Shown in pieces: positions 49,334 through 63,357 of a stretch of 64,000 bases of DNA. This DNA comes from Patellaria atrata CBS 101060 (Eukaryota). The notes below the pieces were generated by a model that saw only the letters and a program-made list of their open reading frames with translations, made no database searches and was not told where the DNA came from. Numbering within the stretch: position 1 is the stretch's first letter; each line of letters begins with the position of its first letter. A program made the position numbers and the translations under genes. Location: positions 135,905-199,904 of the forward strand of contig MU006097.1 in the NCBI GenBank assembly GCA_010093705.1. The letters run 5' to 3'.

Positions 49334-51326
49334 CTTGAGCGCAATATCTCAGTGTCGCACAAATGTTGTCTCTCAGCGGTCCAACACGACGTAAACTGAA
49401 AGGGTTAGGAAGAGCAGTGAATAGAAGTGGAGGCAGCAGATGTGCAATTGTTAATCGAGCCGGAGAATTGGGTTGTTGAGGCAAGTATCCGACGATAGAA
49501 AGGCTCGAGGGTGGAGAGGCGGTAGCTGAGCTACTAGGGGTGAAGCGACGAGTTAGAAGCCGGCGACTTCTAATATGGGTAGCTGCAGACTTTCGAAGGC
49601 GATGAGCGGGTATTCGTACTGTAGGTGATGTCTGATGCAGTGCAACATCAGACAGATGAGGCTTGAAAAGATGGAGGAAGAAGCCAAAGAAGAGGACTTG
49701 GGTTCGAAAAGATCGAAAGCAGCCCTGGAAAGGGGAGAGATGGAAGATGGTTGGCGGTGCAGAAGTGCAAAGGATGCAAAAGTCAAAACAGGTGCACAAG
49801 AGCCAAGGGGCACTTCTCTTTGGCTGCTGGTCGAACTGGTTAAGCGGAGGGGTGGCGTTTGAGTAGTTCCCTGAACTTCCCTCCTCAGTTTTTCGGTGGG
49901 GAGCACGGGGAGTTTGCGTTGATCAGAGGGGGGCCAAGGGGCATTTCTGACCCAACTGACGGTGACTGACCAGTAAACTTTACTGAACTGCCCGGCATCG
50001 AAGCCAATCTCGGCTAGCATTTTAGTCCGGTATTTTGAAACCAAAACATCTGCATCTGCACCAGCCGGGAATGTGTGTACTGTATGAAAAGTTCCAGCAC
50101 CAAATTCTACATCACCATCTCACCTTCTCACCAGATACAAGTACCTTTTCGGGTTTTATACTGAATGTGAGGCCTTTTGGAAATAGTTCTGGGTTTACAA
50201 TTAAACTCTTGTCATCATGGCATAAATTAACCGCTCGAGAGCAAAATAAGGGGATCCCGATTCCCGATTGCTACGAAAGGGAGATAGATATACGGCATCA
50301 TCATTCTCTCGAGTACCACAAACCGCAGTTATTCGGATCCCACATTTCGTCCTCTGTTCATCCTTTCCCGTAACACCTTTTTCATGATATGCTGTGTGCA
50401 TACCAACGTCTCACATGCTTGTTCTTCGAAGTTGCAATTTTGTAGATCCAAGGTCTCCCCTTCACCCTTCAAGATTGGCCATCAGGACGCCTTTTTGCTC
50501 TCGTTCAACTGACTCGCATTATCTTCTAGAACACAACTAGAATAAGGGGAACTTCCGTCGTATCCACATTCAACCTGGTTCTGGATTTCAGGTCCCTACG
50601 CTGGCTACGCAATGGTGAATCGATATCCTGTCACGCCAGGTCTCCGTTTTATGCGGTTGATGATTGTGTTTCATCAGCATGCATTTCAACCCTTCATTTT
50701 ATCCCTCTGAATTATTGAATAGTCTCTCAATAATGAAAGCTTTGTTACTATTTCGTCCGGTGAGTATAACATCATCTTTCTACAAACAAATGTACAGTAC
50801 GGAAGTACGAGAAGCATAATTTCAATTATAATCGTCAGCAATTGCTGTTTCATCACAACCTGTGACTGACACGACATCTCAAGCATGGCTCTCTCAATTG
50901 GTGAAAAGTTCTGTAAGCCACAGACTCTCCCGCTGTTTTAAAGGCCATATAATGCTCAGTGCGATACTACCCGGTAGATCATTCTGCCGCATGTGGTTAA
51001 CCCTCAACGCTACAGAATCTGGCGCCTTTGCCTTAAACTATTCAAAGTCGCCGATTGACTTGTTGCCAAATAGGGAAATATGCTCTGCTTGACTCAAGAA
51101 CAATAGCCAGAAGTTGTTATATTAAAATTTGTTATAGGTGTTCTATGAACGTCAGATCCTTAAGAATTAAAAGGAGAGCCATTTCTCGCGAAGCCCCTTA
51201 CGTCCCAGGACAAAATCCCCGCATATGCACCAGTTTCTATATTAAAAATAATACAGGAAATTCTACCTTGACATCGCACAATCCATTAGCTATTTGTCCC
51301 TACAATACTTTTAATAATAGCACAAT

Positions 51327-52768
51327 CTAGAGAGGCATCTCAACAGCAGTCAACACCTCTTCGATCACATCAGCTGCCGTGGTACCATCTAAGAGCCGCT
51401 CAACCGCTTCAAGGGAACTTCCCCATTGCATACTTCTCTCGTCTTTTGGTTCGGTTAGAACAATACGGTGAGGATAGACCTTGCGAGCCGCAAGAGCCAC
51501 CAGAGAGGGCGGGACATAGCTCAAAGAATGCAGAGATGCCAGAGCCCTTTCCACTTGTCAGAAAAAATATATCTGATGAGTTTGAGTCAACTCACTTGAC
51601 AAGAATATTGAAGTGTCGGGTTGCAGTCGCTGAGATACCTCCTGCAACTGCCCGATGCATCCGGAGGAATACCGTAATGTTATGGAGGTAGGCGCGAACC
51701 TCGGGACTCACCTTGACCTTGGAGGTAAGCTCGACGATTTCGTCGATATTCTAGTTTCTCAAGATTATTATTACTCTTCACTTTTGTGCATCGATGGCCA
51801 TCATACCTCCTTAGGCAAAAGTGGCTTCCGGGGTTTCAAATTTTCCAAGGTCAAAGTTAACGAAGAAGTGGGCCTGATTACAGATGATATCGAACCCCCA
51901 TCATCCGTAGTTGATGCCCGTTCCTCAAGATTAGGAAGCCCATCTTGCGTGGCATGAAAATGCGAGATTGCAAACTGATCATTCTTCAAGTAGGTCAGCA
52001 CTGGGCGATGCCCCAAAGTTGATCAACTCAACGTACTAGATGGGATGTTAGAGATACAGTTATCTCTGAAGAAAGCAGTGCTACAAAGACAAATTTTTTA
52101 GGAGCTGCATGTACTGCCGTACGAGTAAAGACTCGTTTACCGCGGATAAGCTATCATGATGTTAAAAGTATACTCAACGAACCTATTTTAAGATTTAGCT
52201 CACCTCAAGAGCTTGGATTTGGACCGCATGCTGTGCTAGATTAAGATTCTTTGCAATCACTATATCAGCGATTTGACGGCTATCAAACGAGTTGAAGCCA
52301 GGAGAACTGATTCGTTTACGAGGCGATGCAAATTGTGATCCTGAGTAGGATTGCGAACGCTAACTCTGATATCAGATCTTGCTCCCATATAGAAGAATAG
52401 AGCGTATCATTATCATTCTTGCTAGTTTTCAATTGCAAAATAGACGGATATATTGTGTGATATCACTTATAACAAACGTAGTACCTCACCTCATAATCAT
52501 CAGCCTTCCACATGGATCCCCCATCCTCTGCCTCAAAGTCCACCAATACTCCATTTCCGAATTCGTCCAAGGAGGTCGTTTCGGAGCAGTCTAACACAGT
52601 GCAAGACAACCCAAATACATCCGCAGCGACCAGTCTGAGCTCCAGCTCAAGAGCATCAATATTCAAACTTTCAGCGCTAATGATACAGTGCTGGTCTGAG
52701 ACGAGACAGAGCAAAAACGCGAGTTCGAGATCACTTAGATTCTGAATCTTGGTAGTTACATGGTCCAT
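51327..52768 (-). CDS. Mtc2-like / Mg-chelatase-lid-like conserved protein (multi-exon)
   Basis: LSDLELAFLLCLVSDQHCII, FGLS..LDCSETTSLDEF, IADIVIAKNLNLAQHAVQIQALE, VRAYLHNITVFLRMHRAVAGGISATATRHF, YVPPSLVALAARKVYPHRI..ERSMQWGS, VEMPL*. Confidence 0.78.
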
Positions 52769-54384
52769 TTCATTTGGGGTTTACCTTTTAAGTTGAGAGG
52801 TGACCATCGGTTTGAATGGAGAGGGAACGTGGTGGCCTGGAGCTAACCCCAATTAAGAAAGTCTTCTGTGTCAATATTCGTCGAACGAAAATCGAATTGA
52901 AATTCATATCCCCACACGTGTACTCCGTAATGCGTCCTGTATTAAGAAGAGAACTTTCCATTGTTCGAACTCTGAGGTCGCAGGGAGCTTTTGTAAACGT
53001 CCAATGAAGTTTTTACGTTTCGGTGCTAGCCGGAGATGGTTGAGATGAATGTCGGTCTCCTCAAATATTTCTCGAGCAGACAATCGTTCTCTTCCTAGAC
53101 CGAACTCCGCTTCGAATGAATGAGCGAGACTCAAAAGCCATCTTGATCGCATACAGGCCTTTCTGTTGATACCATCATAGCATACGTATATATTTCTTCC
53201 AGCGGCCCATGTTGAACTTAATAATCATCCTCCCCCTACAGCAGAGGCGCTATGCTTAACAGCCTCTAGCACAGTGCCTTCTATGCAGCTGCTATCACCG
53301 TATCCTCACCGTCTCCCTTTCACTAAATGGCCGAATCGTCATTCACTATGCTAGGTTGAAAATTTCTAACTTTCAATATAGACGCACGATTTCATCCCGT
53401 GCTCTAGCCCATAAACAGTGCGACATTTTGCGACTACAACTGACGTCGATATCATAGTCGACCTCCTCTTAGGGACTCAGATCCTCCCGTTTCCTGCAAC
53501 GTCATTGCGCATTCAACATGTGAGCAATATTGTTAACGGACCCTACACCGCTTGACTTTTATCATTGCTAGATTACGTCTATCAGGTACCTTGACCGTTG
53601 CGCACTCGATCGAACTCCAATTCGACAGAGCTGAGGAAATCTTTGGATCGTCATTCCCCTGTCGTGGTTCCCTGGGCTAACTGTCAACGTGCGTGGAAAA
53701 AAAAAATTCCGACTTTGCTGTACAGCATCCGTACAGTGGCGCGCTTTCGATATTGGTTTCAATATCCAACAACTTGACTGCAGCACTCGCATTAGCACCT
53801 AATACCGCAACAATTACACCTATGAGCAACATCAATCATCGAATAAGTTGACCGTTGACTAAGGACCTATCTTTCAGTAAAGTATCTGTCGGCCAGCCCT
53901 ATATTGCCCACCCGGACCTCAACTTGCGCCTCTTTCATCCTACATACTCCTCCATGCCCCACTATCCTACTGCTAACTGAAATACTTTTTATGGCTGACA
54001 GTCAACAGACGTAGGCCCACCGACGTAGATGTGCATGCAATGCTTCTATCCCTGCTTCAGGTGTCTAATCCAACCCCTTCACGGACTTCGACATCCACAC
54101 TGTCATGTATTCAAGTCACTCTCAAAGCATCGTGACGGACGCCCAGCCGTCAATAGCACGATATGTTGACGAGCATCACGATAAGGGCTGTCGTTGAGAG
54201 CAAAACAACGGTCCCATCATTGTCCGTAGACATCGCTATCATGTTCGGATTCATATATAAATGTCTCCCGCGTATTCGAGAATCATGAATATATCATTTT
54301 ACAAAGACATCAAGTCAATAACCTTTCACGCAAATTTCTGCATACTCCCTTGACATTACACGCAACCGCATTATACAATTAACC

Positions 54385-55573
54385 ATGTCCCCTTCAGCAA
54401 TTACGGCGCCGGTCGTTGAAGCGAAGACTCTCGACTCATTGAAGGTTCCACGACCTCGTATGCAAGTCGATTCGTCAAATATTGGTACAGCACGAAAGAT
54501 CATCTGCTTCTCAGGTACACGATTATCTTTCGTCGATCAACCCCGATGATCCCCTAGGTAGCACAGAGCCTCTACACATCATCCACTGTGCAGTTGAATA
54601 CAATTGTTCCAAGACTGTGAACACCATACTCACCCGCTCACATTGATACTCACCGATTCGCTACCGTCTCTAAAACGTACATAAACTAATATTGTTTATA
54701 GATTTCGACGGCACCATCTTTATGCAAGATACAGGTCATATTCTGTTCGATAACTTCGGTTGCGGCAATGATCGTCGTGAGATTCTAGACGAGCAGATAA
54801 AGACAGGGGAGCGCTCTTTTCGAGATGTTTCTGAAGACATGTGGGGTTCTCTCGATGTCCCGTTTGAGGATGGATTTGAAGTGATGAAGAAAGCCCTTGA
54901 GATTGATCCAGACTTCCAAGCTTTCCACAAGTTTTGTCTCAGCAACAAGATCCCATTCAACGTCATCTCCGCTGGACTGAAGCCTGTTTTGAGAAGAGTT
55001 CTCGACCACTTCCTTGGAGAGGAGGCATCCGCCAACATAGATATTGTGGCTAATGATGCCGACATTTCAACAGATGGACATGAGTGGAAGCCAGTATGGC
55101 TGCACGATACTGAACTTGGTCATGACAAGGCGCTTTCTATCACCCAATACCGAGAGACGGCGAAGTTAGAAAGTGACGACGGAACTATTCCAATGATAGT
55201 ATTCATTGGCGACGGAGTTTCCGATCTCCCTGCTGCCCGTGAAGCTGATGTACTCTTCGCAAGACGCGGTCTACGACTTGAAGAGTATTGCAAAGAGCAC
55301 AAGCTACCGTACATTCCCTTCGACACATTCGCGGATATCCAAAAAGAAGTTATCAAGATCGCTAGAATCGATGACCAGAAGACGAAAGGCAAAGGCCTAC
55401 CTTCGAATTTCAATCCTCGAGCCAATCTATGGAGACGTGCATCCAGCAAGAAAGCTGTACCTATCTTCGCTGCTATGTCTCCAAGAGACGAGAAGATGTT
55501 TGTATGGCCAGAAATCTTCACGCAGATGAATGAGAAGCCCGAGGCACCGGCTTTGGCGGCTCCTGCTGCGTAG
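54385..55573 (+). CDS. HAD-superfamily phosphatase (MtnX / phosphoserine- or polyol-phosphate-phosphatase-like)
   Basis: Exon 54385-54514, intron 54515-54701 (splits the first Asp codon), DFDGTI motif I, VISAG motif II, GHDK, FIGDGVSD motif IV. TATA-like TATATAAA near 54254. Confidence 0.92.
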
Positions 55574-56555
55574 TTGCTTTGCGGTATTAACCAGTTATGG
55601 TGCCAGGGCTTGGGCCTTGGGACGAGTTTCGTTCTTCAGATTTGCTTGTGTGCCTTGGTGAGCGATAAAGAGCATCGGTAAGGACGGAGTTACAACCTGC
55701 ATATGGTGGAGTACCTTTTTAGAGGTGTACTTTGGTTTACTTTAATACATCTAGAACAGAAGGTGGTATTGGTGCGGGGTCCGTCTGGCAAAGGTTCAAT
55801 GGCGTCATCTTTCTGCGATTTCCTGGTGTCCGTGTCGGCAATGTCATTCTCCGCTTGTCAGATTGTTTGATAGAGATTAGACATAGAGTCACGCATAGAA
55901 GAGAAATGTATAACATGTAAAATGTACCAGCCGGATGGCTCGGAATACCAAGCTTTTCGCTGCCAAATATATATACAAACTTTGTCCTCGATAGCTGCAA
56001 GTTCAAGGCAAGGTCAAGCCCCGATGGGATACGCAACCCCACCCCCTTTCACCACCAGCAACCAGCACAGATCAGAAGCTTGTCTTCCTGAGACCTAATG
56101 CGTGAAACCTGCAAAATCAGCCCTCCCTACCTTATGCTCCTATTATTCTTATCGCTCCTCTTGATACCTTTTACAATTGGAGCTTCAATCCTGTTTTGAG
56201 TACTTCAGCTTCTTCTTTCAGCCCCAGAGACCAGAACAGTTTCGTGCTTGATTTGGACTTATCTCAAAGTCCCTAATCCGCCTTGCGTTATTTAATCAAT
56301 CTCACGAAACCTACCTTGCACCTCTGAGGTTCAGGCCAACCGAGTTCCATATAGAGCCGTCGAACGAAGCTTTCCATCTCTTTTATATTTCTTGTCAAGC
56401 TGTCACGACTTTCAAGCAGAGAACCTCCGCCGCGACCCCGCCAACCTGGGCTGCATGACAAGTTTGACAACCCTCCAACTTGGCAGCGCCATCCCTTTCG
56501 CCAGACTGCCTTGCACCGCCAGAGCTACGATCGTCACATGCGCCAATCAGGAACA

Positions 56556-59500
56556 ATGCCACGTCCAACTATCACGTCACGCATAAGCCTGCCCGGCCGG
56601 CTTAAGAGCTATAACGGTGCTTCAAACCCTTCAAGTAGGAATCCTAGCAGGAATACAAGTCCCAAACGAAGCCCAAAGTCTGGCAATATGGCAGAGAACA
56701 AGAATGGGCAGTTAATTCTGAGAGCTAACGTGCTCAAGGTCAGATTGAACCTCAACTGTTGGATTGGGAACATGGGGATTGATACTGAACTTCACTAGGG
56801 TCGCAACTTAGCAGCCAAAGATAAAGGAGGTACAAGTGATCCGGTACGTGAAGGAGCTTTGGCAACCTACTCATCAGTGATATTGAAATGAACTTACTGA
56901 CACAGCTTTAATAGTACCTTGTCCTCACTCTGGGGGATGCAAAACAAGCCACCCCTACAATCAACAAAACGCTTAATCCGGAATGGAACCAGACATTAGA
57001 TCTTCCAATTGTCGGCCCCCAAAGCCTTCTCCTAGAGGCTGTGTGTTGGGACAAAGATCGATTCGGAAAAGACTACATGGGAGAATTTGATCTAGCGGTA
57101 GAAGACATTTTTTCGAATGGGCAAGTCACGAGCGAGGTATGTCTGACACATACGTTATAATGGAGTCAGACTGACAGCAGCAGCCAAAATGGTATCCTTT
57201 AGGCTCCCGAAAGAACGGAAAGAAGAGCAGCATCGTCACCGGAGAAATCAAAGTCTTCTTTTCTCTAATCGATCCTACCGATTCTTCTGCCACCCCTGAA
57301 CAAATCTACGAAAAGTTTGCAACTATTGTTATGGGGACTCCACGGGGTGAAGAGGACGATTCAGAGGCCCTGGATAGGATGGATACCGGTGAATTGGACG
57401 AAGACGATGTAGCATCCATCGCGTCAGAAACCGACGAATCGAAAAAGGTCGAAAAGCGGAGGATGAAACTTAAGCTTGCAAGGCTAAAGAGAAAGGCTAA
57501 GAACCGAGCGTATGAATTCAGCGGATCGTCAGATGTAGCTGGTGTTTTGTTTTTGGAGATCGCAAAGGTTACTGATTTACCCCCAGAGAAAAACAGTATG
57601 TGATGGTTCTATTCGCGATTTCCGCGCACCGAGAAGCTAATGGGTAACAGTGACAAGAACATCCTTCGATGTGGATCCTTTCGTCATCACTTCCCTTGGA
57701 AAGAAGACCTATCGTACGAAGGTTGTCCGGCACAATCTCAATCCGGTATTCGACGAAAAGCTGGTCTTCCAAGTACTTAAACACGAGACCAATTACAGTG
57801 TAAGCTTTACAGTAGTCGACAGGGACAAACTTTCTGGCAATGACTTTATTGGTACCGCAAACTTGTCCCTTGAGACAGTACTTGCAGATTCTCCTGAGGC
57901 AGACCCTTCTACAGGTTTATATCGCCTACCTGAGCCACATGACAGTACTACAACACCTGAGAGCAGGAGATCACGTTTCCGACTTCCAATGTCGAGATCG
58001 TCTTCCGCTACGAGCTTGAGTCGACTTGCGAGACCAGGTCTTCGAAAAGAAAATTCTCAAAGCTCATTGAAAAGCCTCGGTGCATCCGACATCCTTCCAC
58101 CACCTACTGGTCTTACGCCTCCCGCGAATGGGGGGGTCTCAAACACCAATCTTGCTCCCACAATTGCACCGACTAGTGCTCCAACAAGCGCACCGACGAG
58201 TGCGCCCCAAGACAGTAGCGGGTATCTGACACCGACAACCTCAAATGACGCAACCGCAGCTATCAATGTCGCTGCTCCGGAGGATATGGATCTCAGATCA
58301 TATATTGTTCCACTAGACTTAAAGAACAAGGATAAGTGGGAATCAAAACATAACCCAACTGTTTCCGTGCGAGCGAAATATCTCCCTTATAAAGCTCTCC
58401 GCCAGCAATTCTGGAGAGCGATGCTCAAACATTACGATGCAGACGATAGTGGTCATATTGATAAGGTCGAGTTGACGACTATGCTGGATACATTGGGATC
58501 GACGCTTCATGACTCGACCGTTGAGGGTTTCTTTGATAGATTTACTACGGAAAACAATCGTGAGGGCGAGCGCTTTCTTACATTTGACCAGGCTGTCATC
58601 TGTCTTGAGGATCAGCTCCAACGGACCGATTCACGTCAACAGACTTGGGGACAATCCTTGAAGTCCTACGTTCCAGGTCAGGAGACTCCAGACCAGGGCA
58701 CAGACGCCGACACTGGAACATCGACACCCTATCTTACAGGTACATCTAGCTCTGGGACGCCCTTGAACAACAACTCACAAACGTCTATGATCCCTGCGTT
58801 ACAGACAGATCTAGTAGGTGACGCCGGTGAAGATGGAAGTGCTCTAGGGAAAGATGATCTCGTAGAGGATAGTGAAGAACATGTCGTGGAGATTCGCGAA
58901 TGCCCTATCTGTCACCAACCACGTTTAAATAAGAAGACTGATGCGGATATCATCACTCACGTTGCAACATGCGCCAGTGCGGATTGGAGACAAGTTAACA
59001 ATATTGTGATGGCCGGATTCGTCACGTCAAGCCAGGCGCAGAGGAAATGGTACTCAAAGGTCATCACGAAGATCTCCTATGGTGGGTACAAGCTTGGTGC
59101 AAATTCGGCAAATATTCTGGTCCAGGATCGAATAACTGGTCAAATAAATGAAGAACGCATGAGTGTTTACGTGCGATTGGGTATTAGACTTTTGTATAAG
59201 GGTCTGAAGAGTAGAGAAATGGAGAAGAAGCGAAGTAGATGTCCCTTGTTCTTACAACTGATAAGTACATGCTAATATTGTGTAGTTCGTAAACTACTCA
59301 AATCTTTAAGTGTCAAGCAAGGGAAGAAGTACGATGACCCGGCTTCTCGTGCGGATATACCTGGCTTCATCAATTTCCATCAATTGGATATGTCCGAGGT
59401 GCTGGTTCCAACAGAGGAGTTCAAGAGCTTCAATGAGTTCTTCTACCGCGCCCTAAAGCCGGATGCTCGACCTTGCTCTGCACCAAACGACTCTCGCATA

Positions 59501-60269
59501 ATCACCTCACCAGCTGACTGCCGAACTGTGGTCTTCAATAAATTAAGTGAGGCTCAAAGCATCTGGGTCAAAGGTCGAGAGTTTAGTATGCAAAGATTAT
59601 TGGATGGCGCGTATCCAGAGGATGCGCAACGTTACGTTGGCGGCGCTTTAGGTATATTTCGATTAGCGCCTCAGGATTATCACCGCTTCCACATCCCGGT
59701 TGATGGAAAGATGGGCGAGCCGAAACTGATCGAGGGTGAATACTACACGGTTAATCCGATGGCTATCCGTTCAGCACTGGACGTGTACGGGGAGAATATA
59801 CGCGTTTGCGTACCCATTGACTCAGTTGCACACGGTCGTGTGATGGTCATTTGCGTAGGTGCTATGATGGTTGGAAGCACGGTCATTACTCGGAAAACAG
59901 GAGAACAAGTGAAGAGGGCTGAAGAACTTGGATACTTCAAGTTCGGTGGTAGCACTATCTTACTTCTTTTTGAACCCGGCGTCATGCAGTTCGATGATGA
60001 TCTGGTCGACAATTCGAAAGGAGCATTAGAGACTCTGGTACGTATCAGCATAGAAACGGTACATTTTGGATAATAGCTAATCCTCTTGATAGATCCGCGT
60101 AGGCATGTCGATCGGACATAGTCCCGGGCGTGGTCCCCATACCCCAGATATGAAGAAGGATAATCCTAATCCCACAATGGAAGAAAAACAGGATGCTAAA
60201 CGGCGTATTGAAGGTAGTCTAGCGCCACCCACAGACGGTAACCCGGCTACAACGGCGACCATACATTGA
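56556..60269 (+). CDS. PSD2: Phosphatidylserine decarboxylase 2 (two C2 domains, EF-hand-like region, decarboxylase domain)
   Basis: C2 (GRNLAAKDKGGTSDP|YLVLTLG, KTLNPEWN), second C2 (DPFVITSLGKKTYRTKVVRHNLNPVF), FNEFFYRALKP, RLAPQDYHRFH, LGYFKFGGST self-cleavage motif; last exon 60093-60269. Confidence 0.96.
58154..58207 (+). repeat. In-frame 12-nt tandem repeat encoding APTI-APTS-APTS-APTS-AP in PSD2
   Basis: GCTCCCACAATT GCACCGACTAGT GCTCCAACAAGC GCACCGACGAGT GCGCCC. Confidence 0.8.
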
Positions 60270-60814
60270 ATGTAGAATAGATAGATTACTGTAGGTTGGG
60301 ATGCATTACTGGACGGTACACGCGTAGATGAGAAGGGACAACAACATGCAGATTTGTTGGGTGTGCGGTAATCCCGAGCCCTTAATGACCTCATGAATCA
60401 AAGACTGTATTCCGTCTTGCTTATTATATACCGTTTATACTGTGATGTGGAATACCTTGAATAGAGTAGAGGTCCTTGAGCCTGGTTGAAGTGTTAAGAT
60501 GACGCTTCGGCTGCTTAGTCATGGGATCCCATTGTTTTGATTTTGGCGTCGTGCATCCCCGCCCGTGCATCCGCCTCAAGGAATCCAATCTTCCATTAAC
60601 CCCAACTCCGGACTACTAACCCACCGCCAGCAGCTCGCACGCTTGCGTCTACATATCAATTAATCACCCAGCAATCATTAATCGCGAGAACGAAAAACTC
60701 GACAGCTCGCGGTTGCGCAGACAGCATTTTCACCGACGGACGTTGGCCAAGAGACTGATTTTCGTGGGCGGAGAACCAAACCACGCGCTAATTTATTGGA
60801 TTGCAACACGCTCA

Positions 60815-62808
60815 ATGACTGCCACATTCGCGCGCTCGCCCCTCCAGGTTCTGAATATGGCTTCGACGCAAAGACCGACGCGACGGAGGAGCGCGAGACA
60901 TGCTTTCGATGAGGAGGAAGTGACGATTGTCCCTGTGAAGAGGTCGAGGATGGAGAAGGAGAATAATGTGGGTGCGAAGGTAAATGGGAAGGCGAATGGC
61001 GCGACGGGACGAAAAGCGAAAGCAGGTGAGTGGGCAAAAATATAATGGGATCGGATGTCGCGTGTCTGAAGGTTTCGATCGCGTAATGAGAGATGTGCAG
61101 AATGGGCAATTGGAGGGCGGAAAAGCTGACGGTTGCAATAGCGTATGATGAGGATGACGACGGCTTTCAATTTTCACGGACACGGAAGAAAAAGGCTACG
61201 AAGGCTGTTCCAGCACAAGAAACTATACCGGAAGAATTTGTACCCGCACCTGCTCCTGCGCCAACTACCAGGCGGAAAAAGAACTCGCTCACTGTACCGG
61301 TACCAGTAGAAAGCGAAGCTCTCCCAAAGAAACGGCGATCAGCACGGCTTTCGCAGGAAAACCAACAGGTACAAGTAACATCTCAACCAGAGCCGGAAAA
61401 GCCAGCTCGAACAGCAAGGAAGACAGCAAAGTCTAAACTACCGCCAGATCAAGAAGATGGTGTGGCCTTTGTTGAAAGCAACGAGCTCAAGGTCCAGAAA
61501 AAAAGAGGAGAGGGCGCAAAGATTCCACTACCCTTCGCAGATACGCCCGTACAAAAACGAAACAAAGCAATGCGACAAGGCGCCGCAGTAGACTCCGGTC
61601 ATAGAAGAAGCAGCACAGGGATGCGCGGACGACGCGCCAGCTCGTTGATAGAGAGCGGGTCATCGAACGGTGGGCCCACTACTTTCCTTTGTGACAATGA
61701 AAAAAAGAGCCCGATCCAGCAGATCATTTCCTCCTCCAGTGGTGGGAATAGCAGTTCGGATTTTCTCCTCAGCTCAGATGCACTACTTGTCGAGGACTCA
61801 GTTTTGGCTAATTTCTTTTGGCTTGATTTAGCGGTCCCGCATGCGGAAGTCGAGACACAAGATTTCTATAAACACATCGAACAGAGTTTACCGGAGCCGA
61901 GGCGGATGCGGCAGTTACTTACCTGGTGTGGGAGTAGGGCGTTGCCCCCGAAACCATCCGGTGGGAGTGAGGATACGAGTGCTATAATGGCGGGTATGTC
62001 TATATTTTCGGAATGAACTGAGGCATATGCTGACAATGGGAACGCAGCTCGGGCGATTCAAAAAGAACTATTAGAAGACTTCGCAAACAAATCCGATCTG
62101 TCCAACTGGTTCAATAGGGTACGTATCAGTCACTACGTCACATTCCGGCTATACCATACTAACACACAACGCAGGAAGACTCGGCATCCTCGTCTATACC
62201 GAAGAAACCGAACCCAGTAAACGTAAAACACGCACAAATGCTCCAAAACCTGGAGCAAGAAGTCAAACGGTCCGCAGCCCTTCTATGCCCTTGTACAACA
62301 ACACACAATTCTAACACCAAACAGCCTCCAAGACGAAAAAGAAGCCTGGCAACGCATCCTAGGAGACTCCCAATCCATCCCTCCCCTCCCATCTGAACCC
62401 CCCTCCACCTCAAACACAACCCCTCATATCGATCCCTCCTTACTCGACCCCTCCCAAGCCGCCATCCTAACCTCCCTATCCAACCTCCACGTCTACCCTC
62501 CACTATCACCCGACCCCTCAACCGACCGACCATCACAACCCGCACCCTCGATATCCAAAACAGCCCTCGAGACCCGCCTCACGACCCTAACAACGACTCT
62601 CGAACCCACCCTCGACATCTTCGCAGACGGCGTCCATCATCTAACTCAATACCGCGTCGCGGCCGAGCGCGTCGCAACCCGCGTCCTGGCCTCCGCGGCC
62701 GAGAAACTAGAACGGCGGGACAGAGCCGGGAGAAAGGTGGCTGGCAGCGAAGACGTCGGCGTCGGGGACGTGCTTGTGGGGTTGGGGAGGGTGTTGGGGG
62801 AGAGGTAA
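60815..62808 (+). CDS. DSN1: Kinetochore Mis12-complex subunit Dsn1/Mis13 (multi-exon)
   Basis: YDEDDDGFQFSR, LPFADTPVQKRNKAMR, HRRSSTGMRGRRASSL, VPHAEV..DFYKHIEQSLPEPRRMRQLLTWCG, LSNWFNR, KKPNPVN, LEPTLDIFADGVH; TAA 62806-62808. Confidence 0.88.
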
Positions 62809-63357
62809 CTCGGCTGTTGTGTGTGTGTGGGCTGAGATGGGCTGTTATGAATTGATTTTTTTTTAGAACTCTGCGTGTTGCGGGGTGGGGATACTGGGTT
62901 TGGATTGGATCTGAGGCTCTCATGTGGCGTTTTTTTTTTTTTTTTGGTTGCTTAGTCTCGTCATGGACATCGAGGATGTTGAAGTTGTCATTTCCTTCCT
63001 CTTACTTCTTGCGTTGGTGCGGGAGTCGGCGTAGCATGGATGGCAGAGCATGGGGAGACGTGTGCATATGGGCGTTCCTCCTCTCCGTGGCTGGGGATAT
63101 CATCGTGTCGGGTGCTTCTTTCTTTTCTTCGGTTCCCTTTTTTTGAACTATATACGCCGATTATGTCGTCTATGCCATAACAGTCGAAGGGAGTGTCTGC
63201 AAATTAAATCACAACTTCACTGTCTCTCTAAATCTCCCACGTCCTGACAAACATCGAACATCAAACGCCTACGAACCTTCATAGAGACCACCACAACCCG
63301 TCATTTTCTTCGCTCTCTTACCCTTTCCTCACGAATTCCGTAGACTTCCTGATAGCC

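Noticed and set aside
55571..55682. Stop-codon readthrough to a cryptic PTS1 in the HAD gene
   Set aside because: The context is TAG TTG, not TGA CTA, and the extension ends EHR, not an SKL-like tripeptide.
10736..60269. PHS1, PAP2-like and PSD2 as a lipid cluster
   Set aside because: Widely separated housekeeping genes; no backbone enzyme or cluster organisation.
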